Notes under the pieces: model-generated
The model's input: the letters and a program-made list of their open reading frames with translations, nothing else
The model's database searches: none
Told to the model about the DNA's origin: nothing
Shown here: positions 54,827 to 64,000 of the stretch, piece by piece
Layout: every line of letters starts with the position of its first letter
Numbering within the stretch: position 1 is the first letter of the stretch
Translations under genes and position numbers: made by a program
Assembly (NCBI RefSeq): GCF_009914755.1
Contig: NC_060948.1
Length of the DNA: 64,000 bases
Direction: 5' to 3' (one strand)
Origin: the human T2T-CHM13v2.0 reference genome, Homo sapiens

Positions 54827-56925
54827 AGATCCATATTTTTTAAATGAAAAAAAATTTCAAAGGTACTCTGCTTGGTACAATAATCAAATGTATAAACTGA
54901 GGAATAAAACATAACCATGAAACCTACTTATAACTGCATATGGAAAATACAGAGGATAATTTTTTAAATCACATATTTTGAAAGCCTTAACTAGTAATTT
55001 GAAGAGTTGGCATTTGAAAGGCCAGTATGAATATACCTTCAAAGCAGCAACACAGGTTCCCCATGAGAAAAAGCAAACTCAGGGAAAATAAAACCACAAA
55101 GGTTCAATCTCTTCTGACCTTTGAAAGACACAGCACAGACAGTGGTCCTTAGGACGAAGAGCAGGAGACCCCTAATTCCGTCACCATGGCGATAGGGCAT
55201 AAACATTGCTGGGTGAGGGCACAATCCACATTGTGAGGTCCAACTGCTGCCAGGAAGACAGGAGTGCTTTTACATAGACCGAAAGGTCATTGAAGGCTCA
55301 GAGTTTTGTTTCAAGAACTGAATCCCAAGCCCACACGTTATTAGGCTGCGCTTCTTAAAACAAGTTATGAGATGGGAAAAAGGGCACCTACAAACATACG
55401 TATACATTATGTATATAATAATATACAGTATCATATATATAATATATATAACCCATGTATAATATTGTTTTACATCCTGCATCTTATATTATATATATTG
55501 TATAAAATATAATAATTGATAATATATAAATTTTATATTTATACAATATGACATATAGTATATATTATAATTTATTACATATATAATATATGTTATATAT
55601 CATATATAGAATATATTATACGGTTAATATACGTATTAAATATAAATTATACATTATATATATTATATATAATATATCTGCTATATATAATACCCATTGT
55701 GCATAATATATATATTATGTCTATGTTATATAATATAAAACAACATATAATAATATATAATTGCATATATAAAACGCGACATATAATATATATTATATTT
55801 TATGACATATGTAATATATATTATATATTATATATAATACGTTGTATGTATAATACCTATATTAAATATAAATTATATGACTATGTTATTAATTACATGT
55901 CACATATGTTATATATTATATATTTTACATAGAATATACCGGTTACATACAATATATACTATGTTACCTATAATGTATAATTTATTACATGTAAAATAAA
56001 GAATGCAATATATTATGTATAATTTATAATATACAATATGTGGAATGTGATATATATAACATATAATATATGATATATGATATACAGTATATGATATATA
56101 ACATACAATATATGATACCTAATATATATGGTATACAATATATATTTTATGATATGTATTCTATATGTTTTATATTCTGATATATATAACTATTTGAAAT
56201 TATATATAACTGTATAATATTTTATGTAAATATGTAATATAATATATAACTATATAATATATTATATATAACTATATATTATGTTATATATACTTTTATA
56301 ACATAATTTACATAAAATATCATAATATAATATATATTATATTATTTCATATTACATAATATATATTACATATCACCCAATATAAGTAACATACATAATA
56401 TTATAATATAGATTATATTATGTTATATTAAATATCATATATATCATGTATCATATATTCTATAATATATATGATACATTATATAATATGTATGCTGTCT
56501 ATTATGTGATATATATAACTATATATAATTATATTATTATACATATTACTAGATAAACATGTAATTCTACATATTTTCATTTATAATATATAGAATTATA
56601 TAATCATATATAATTATTTATATTCTATAAAAAATTATATCATTATATAAATTATAATATATAAAAATTATAATATGTACTACAAATATATATATTATAT
56701 ATCATATATGATATAGTACCTTTGTTATATATCATAATACATATAAATGTGTATTATGCTATCTATAATTATATAATTTCATATATAAGATGTATAATAT
56801 GTATTATATATTATATATGTTATGTAATATATATAGCATATATAAGATGACACAGGATAAATATTATATACTATGACATATAAAATATATGAGGTTATAT
56901 GTTACATATAAGGCATAGCACATAA

Positions 56926-57240
<315 letters not shown>

Positions 57241-59339
57241 AGATCCATATTTTTTAAATGAAAAAAAATTTCAAAGGTACTCTGCTTGGTACAATAATCA
57301 AATGTATAAACTGAGGAATAAAACATAACCATGAAACCTACTTATAACTGCATATGGAAAATACAGAGGATAATTTTTTAAATAACATATTTTGAAAGCC
57401 TTAACTAGTAATTTGAAGAGTTGGCATTTGAAAGGCCAGTATGAATACACCATCAAAGCAGCAACACAGGTTCCCCATGAGAAAAAGCAAACTCAGGGAA
57501 AATAAAACCACAAAGGTTCAATCTCTTCTGACCTTTGAAAGACACAGCACAGACAGTGGTCCTTAGGACGAAGAGCAGGAGACCCCTAATTCCGTCACCA
57601 TGGCGATAGGGCATAAACATTGCTGGGTGAGGGCACAATCCACATTGTGAGGTCCAACTGCTGCCAGGAAGACAGGAGTGCTTTTACATAGACCGAAAGG
57701 TCATTGAAGGCTCAGAGTTTTGTTTCAAGAACTGAATCCCAAGCCCACACGTTATTAGGCTGCGCTTCTTAAAACAAGTTATGAGATGGGAAAAAGGGCA
57801 CCTACAAACATACGTATACATTATGTATATAATAATATACAGTATCATATATATAATATATATAACCCATGTATAATATTGTTTTACATCCTGCATCTTA
57901 TATTATATATATTGTATAAAATATAATAATTGATAATATATAAATTTTATATTTATACAATATGACATATAGTATATATTATTATTTATTACATATATAA
58001 TATATGTTATATATCATATATAGAATATATTATACGGTTAATATACGAATTAAATATAAATTATACATTATATATATTATATATAATATATCTGCTATAT
58101 ATAATACCCATTGTGCATAATATATATATTATGTCTATGTTATATAATATAAAACAACATATAATAATATATAATTGCATATATAAAACGCGACATATAA
58201 TATATATTATATTTTATGACATATGTAATATATATTATATATTATATATAATACGTTGTATGTATAATACCTATATTAAATATAAATTATATGACTATGT
58301 TATTAATTACATGTCACATATGTTATATATTATATATTTTACATAGAATATACCGGTTACATACAATATATACTATGTTACCTATAATGTATAATTTATT
58401 ACATGTAAAATAAAGAATGCAATATATTATGTATAATTTATAATATACAATATGTGGAATGTGATATATATAACATATAATATATGATATATGATATACA
58501 GTATATGATATATAACATACAATATATGATACCTAATATATATGGTATACAATATATATTTTATGATATGTATTCTATATGTTTTATATTCTGATATATA
58601 TAACTATTTGAAATTATATATAACTGTATAATATTTTATGTAAATATGTAATATAATATATAACTATATAATATATTATATATAACTATATATTATGTTA
58701 TATATACTTTTATAACATAATTTACATAAAATATCATAATATAATATATATTATATTATTTCATATTACATAATATATATTACATATCACCCAATATAAG
58801 TAACATACATAATATTATAATATAGATTATATTATGTTATATTAAATATCATATATATCATGTATCATATATTCTATAATATATATGATACATTATATAA
58901 TATGTATGCTGTCTATTATGTGATATATATAACTATATATAATTATATTATTATACATATTACTAGATAAACATGTAATTCTACATATTTTCATTTATAA
59001 TATATAGAATTATATAATCATATATAATTATTTATATTCTATAAAAAATTATATCATTATATAAATTATAATATATAAAAATTATAATATGTACTACAAA
59101 TATATATATTATATATCATATATGATATAGTACCTTTGTTATATATCATAATACATATAAATGTGTATTATGTTATCTATAATTATATAATTTCATATAT
59201 AAGATGTATAATATGTATTATATATTATATATGTTATGTAATATATATAGTATATATAAGATGACACAGGATAAATATTATATACTATGACATATAAAAT
59301 ATATGAGGTTATATGTTACATATAAGGCATAGCACATAA

Positions 59340-59654
<315 letters not shown>

Positions 59655-61755
59655 AGATCCATATTTTTTAAATGAAAAAAAATTTCAAAGGTACTCTGCT
59701 TGGTACAATAATCAAATGTATAAACTGAGGAATAAAACATAACCATGAAACCTACTTATAACTGCATATGGAAAATACAGAGGATAATTTTTTAAATAAC
59801 ATATTTTGAAAGCCTTAACTAGTAATTTGAAGAGTTGGCATTTGAAAGGCCAGTATGAATACACCTTCAAAGCAGCAACACAGGTTCCCCATGAGAAAAA
59901 GCAAACTCAGGGAAAATAAAACCACAAAGGTTCAATCTCTTCTGACCTTTGAAAGACACAGCACAGACAGTGGTCCTTAGGACGAAGAGCAGGAGACCCC
60001 TAATTCCGTCACCATGGCGATAGGGCATAAACATTGCTGGGTGAGGGCACAATCCACATTGTGAGGTCCAACTGCTGCCAGGAAGACAGGAGTGCTTTTA
60101 CATAGACCGAAAGGTCATTGAAGGCTCAGAGTTTTGTTTCAAGAACTGAATCCCAAGCCCACACGTTATTAGGCTGCGCTTCTTAAAACAAGTTATGAGA
60201 TGGGAAAAAGGGCACCTACAAACATACGTATACATTATGTATATAATAATATACAGTATCATATATATAATATATATAACCCATGTATAATATTGTTTTA
60301 CATCCTGCATCTTATATTATATATATTGTATAAAATATAATAATTGATAATATATAAATTTTATATTTATACAATATGACATATAGTATATATTATAATT
60401 TATTACATATATAATATATGTTATATATCATATATAGAATATATTATACGGTTAATATACGTATTAAATATAAATTATACATTATATATATTATATATAA
60501 TATATCTGCTATATATAATACCCATTGTGCATAATATATATATTATGTCTATGTTATATATAGTATAAAACAACATATAATAATATATAATTGTATATAT
60601 AAAACGCGACATATAATATATATTATATTTTATGACATATGTAATATATATTATATATTATATATAATACGTTGTATGTATAATACCTATATTAAATATA
60701 AATTATATGACTATGTTATTAATTACATGTCACATATGTTATATATTATATATTTTACATAGAATATACCGGTTACATACAATATATACTATGTTACCTA
60801 TAATGTATAATTTATTACATGTAAAATAAAGAATGCAATATATTATGTATAATTTATAATATACAATATGTGGAATGTGATATATATAACATATAATATA
60901 TGATATATGATATACAGTATATGATATATAACATACAATCTATGATACCTAATATATATGGTATACAATATATATTTTATGATATGTATTCTATATGTTT
61001 TATATTCTGTTATATATAACTATTTGAAATTATATATAACTGTATAATATTTTATGTAAATATGTAATATAATATATAACTATATAATATATTATATATA
61101 ACTATATATTATGTTATATATACTTTTATAACATAATTTACATAAAATATCATAATATAATATATATTATATTATTTCATATTACATAATATATATTACA
61201 TATCACCCAATATAAGTAACATACATAATATTATAATATAGATTATATTATGTTATATTAAATATCATATATATCATGTATCATATATTCTATAATATAT
61301 ATGATACATTATATAATATGTATGTTGTCTATTATGTGATATATATAACTATATATAATTATATTATTATACATATTACTAGATAAACATGTAATTCTAC
61401 ATATTTTCATTTATAATATATAGAATTATATAATCATATATAATTATTTATATTCTATAAAAAATTATATCATTATATAAATTATAATATATAAAAATTA
61501 TAATATGTACTACAAATATATATATTATATATCATATATGATATAGTACCTTTGTTATATATCATAATACATATAAATGTGTATTATGTTATCTATAATT
61601 ATATAATTTCATATATAAGATATATAATATGTATTATATATTATATATGTTATGTAATATATATAGTATATATAAGATGACACAGGATAAATATTATATA
61701 CTATGACATATAAAATATATGAGGTTATATGTTACATATAAGGCATAGCACATAA

Positions 61756-62070
<315 letters not shown>

Positions 62071-64000
62071 AGATCCATATTTTTTAAATGAAAAAAAATT
62101 TCAAAGGTACTCTGCTTGGTACAATAATCAAATGTATAAACTGAGGAATAAAACATAACCATGAAACCTACTTATAACTGCATATGGAAAATACAGAGGA
62201 TAATTTTTTAAATAACATATTTTGAAAGCCTTAACTAGTAATTTGAAGAGTTGGCATTTGAAAGGCCAGTATGAATATACCTTCAAAGCAGCAACACAGG
62301 TTCCCCATGAGAAAAAGCAAACTCAGGGAAAATAAAACCACAAAGGTTCAATCTCTTCTGACCTTTGAAAGACACAGCACAGACAGTGGTCCTTAGGACG
62401 AAGAGCAGGAGACCCCTAATTCCGTCACCATGGCGATAGGGCATAAACATTGCTGGGTGAGGGCACAATCCACATTGTGAGGTCCAACTGCTGCCAGGAA
62501 GACAGGAGTGCTTTTACATAGACCGAAAGGTCATTGAAGGTTCAGAGTTTTGTTTCAAGAACTGAATCCCAAGCCCACACGTTATTAGGCTGCGCTTCTT
62601 AAAACAAGTTATGAGATGGGAAAAAGGGCACCTACAAACATATGTATACATTATGTATATAATAATATACAGTATCATATATATAATATATATAACCCAT
62701 GTATAATATTGTTTTACATCCTGCATCTTATGTTATATATATTGTATAAAATATAATAATTGATAATATATAAATTTTATATTTATACAATATGACATAT
62801 AGTATATATTATAATTTATTACATATATAATATATGTTATATATCATATATAGAATATATTCTATGGTTAATATACGTATTAAATATAAATTATACATTA
62901 TATATATTATATATAATATATCTGCTATATATAATACCCATTGTGCATAATATATATATTATGTCTATGTTATATATAGTATAAAACAACATATAATAAT
63001 ATATAATTGTATATATAAAACGCGACGTATAATATATATTATATTTTATGACAGATGTAATATATATTATATATTATATATAATACGTTGTATGTATAAT
63101 ACCTATATTAAATATAAATTATATGACTATGTTATTAATTACATGTCACATATGTTATATATTATATATTTTACATAGAATATACCGGTTAAATACAATA
63201 TATACTATGTTACCTATAATGTATAATTTATTACATGTAAAATAAAGAATGCAATATATTATGTATAATTTATAATATACAATATGTGGAATGTGATATA
63301 TATAACATATAATATATGATATATGATATACAGTATATGATATATAACATACAATGTATGATACCTAATATATATGGTATACAATATATATTTTATGATA
63401 TGTATTCTATATGTTTTATATTCTGTTATATATAACTATTTGAAATTATATATAACTGTATAATATTTTATGTAAATATGTAATATAATATATAACTATA
63501 TAATATATTATATATAACTATATATTATGTTATATATACTTTTATAACATAATTTACATAAAATATCATAATATAATATATATTATATTATTTCATATTA
63601 CATAATATATATTACATATCACCCAATATAAGTAACATACATAATATTATAATATAGATTATATTATGTTATATTAAATATCATATATATCATGTATCAT
63701 ATATTCTATAATATATATGATACATTATATAATATGTATGTTGTCTATTATGTGATATATATAACTATATATAATTATATTATTATACATATTACTAGAT
63801 AAACATGTAATTCTACATATTTTCCTTTATAATATATAGAATTATATAATCATATATAATTATTTATATTCTATAAAAAATTATATCATTATATAAATTA
63901 TAATATATAAAAATTATAATATGTACTACAAATATATATATTATATATCATATATGATATAGTACCTTTGTTATATATCATAATACATATAAATGTGTAT

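Overview
The whole 64-kb window is one uninterrupted head-to-tail tandem array of a ~2.42-kb primate composite satellite, with 26 complete Alu-bearing units plus partial flanks and periods of 2414-2421 bp read from the recurring ORF-track coordinates. Each unit has three parts: ~1.55 kb of extremely AT-rich degenerate (TA)n-like sequence, a ~290-bp diverged antisense Alu with a 16-bp internal duplication, and a ~570-bp moderate-GC spacer. This architecture, the unit length and a predicted ~2.14-kb HaeIII fragment match human DYZ2/HSat1B, which is most abundant in Yq12 heterochromatin and has related copies on acrocentric short arms. I cannot fix the chromosome from the sequence alone. I see no credible protein-coding gene, RNA gene, CRISPR array or new biological system; all ORF-track entries are repeat-derived. 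The noteworthy signal is the array's internal history, read from shared variants. It includes a ~8-kb block duplicated at a 5-unit (12.1-kb) offset, a nested 3-unit-offset copy, a 2-unit (4836-bp) duplication at an interdigitated haplotype boundary, chimeric units, a homogeneous X-X-Y-X'-X'-Y block, clustered multi-nucleotide changes and traces of the founding Alu insertion.
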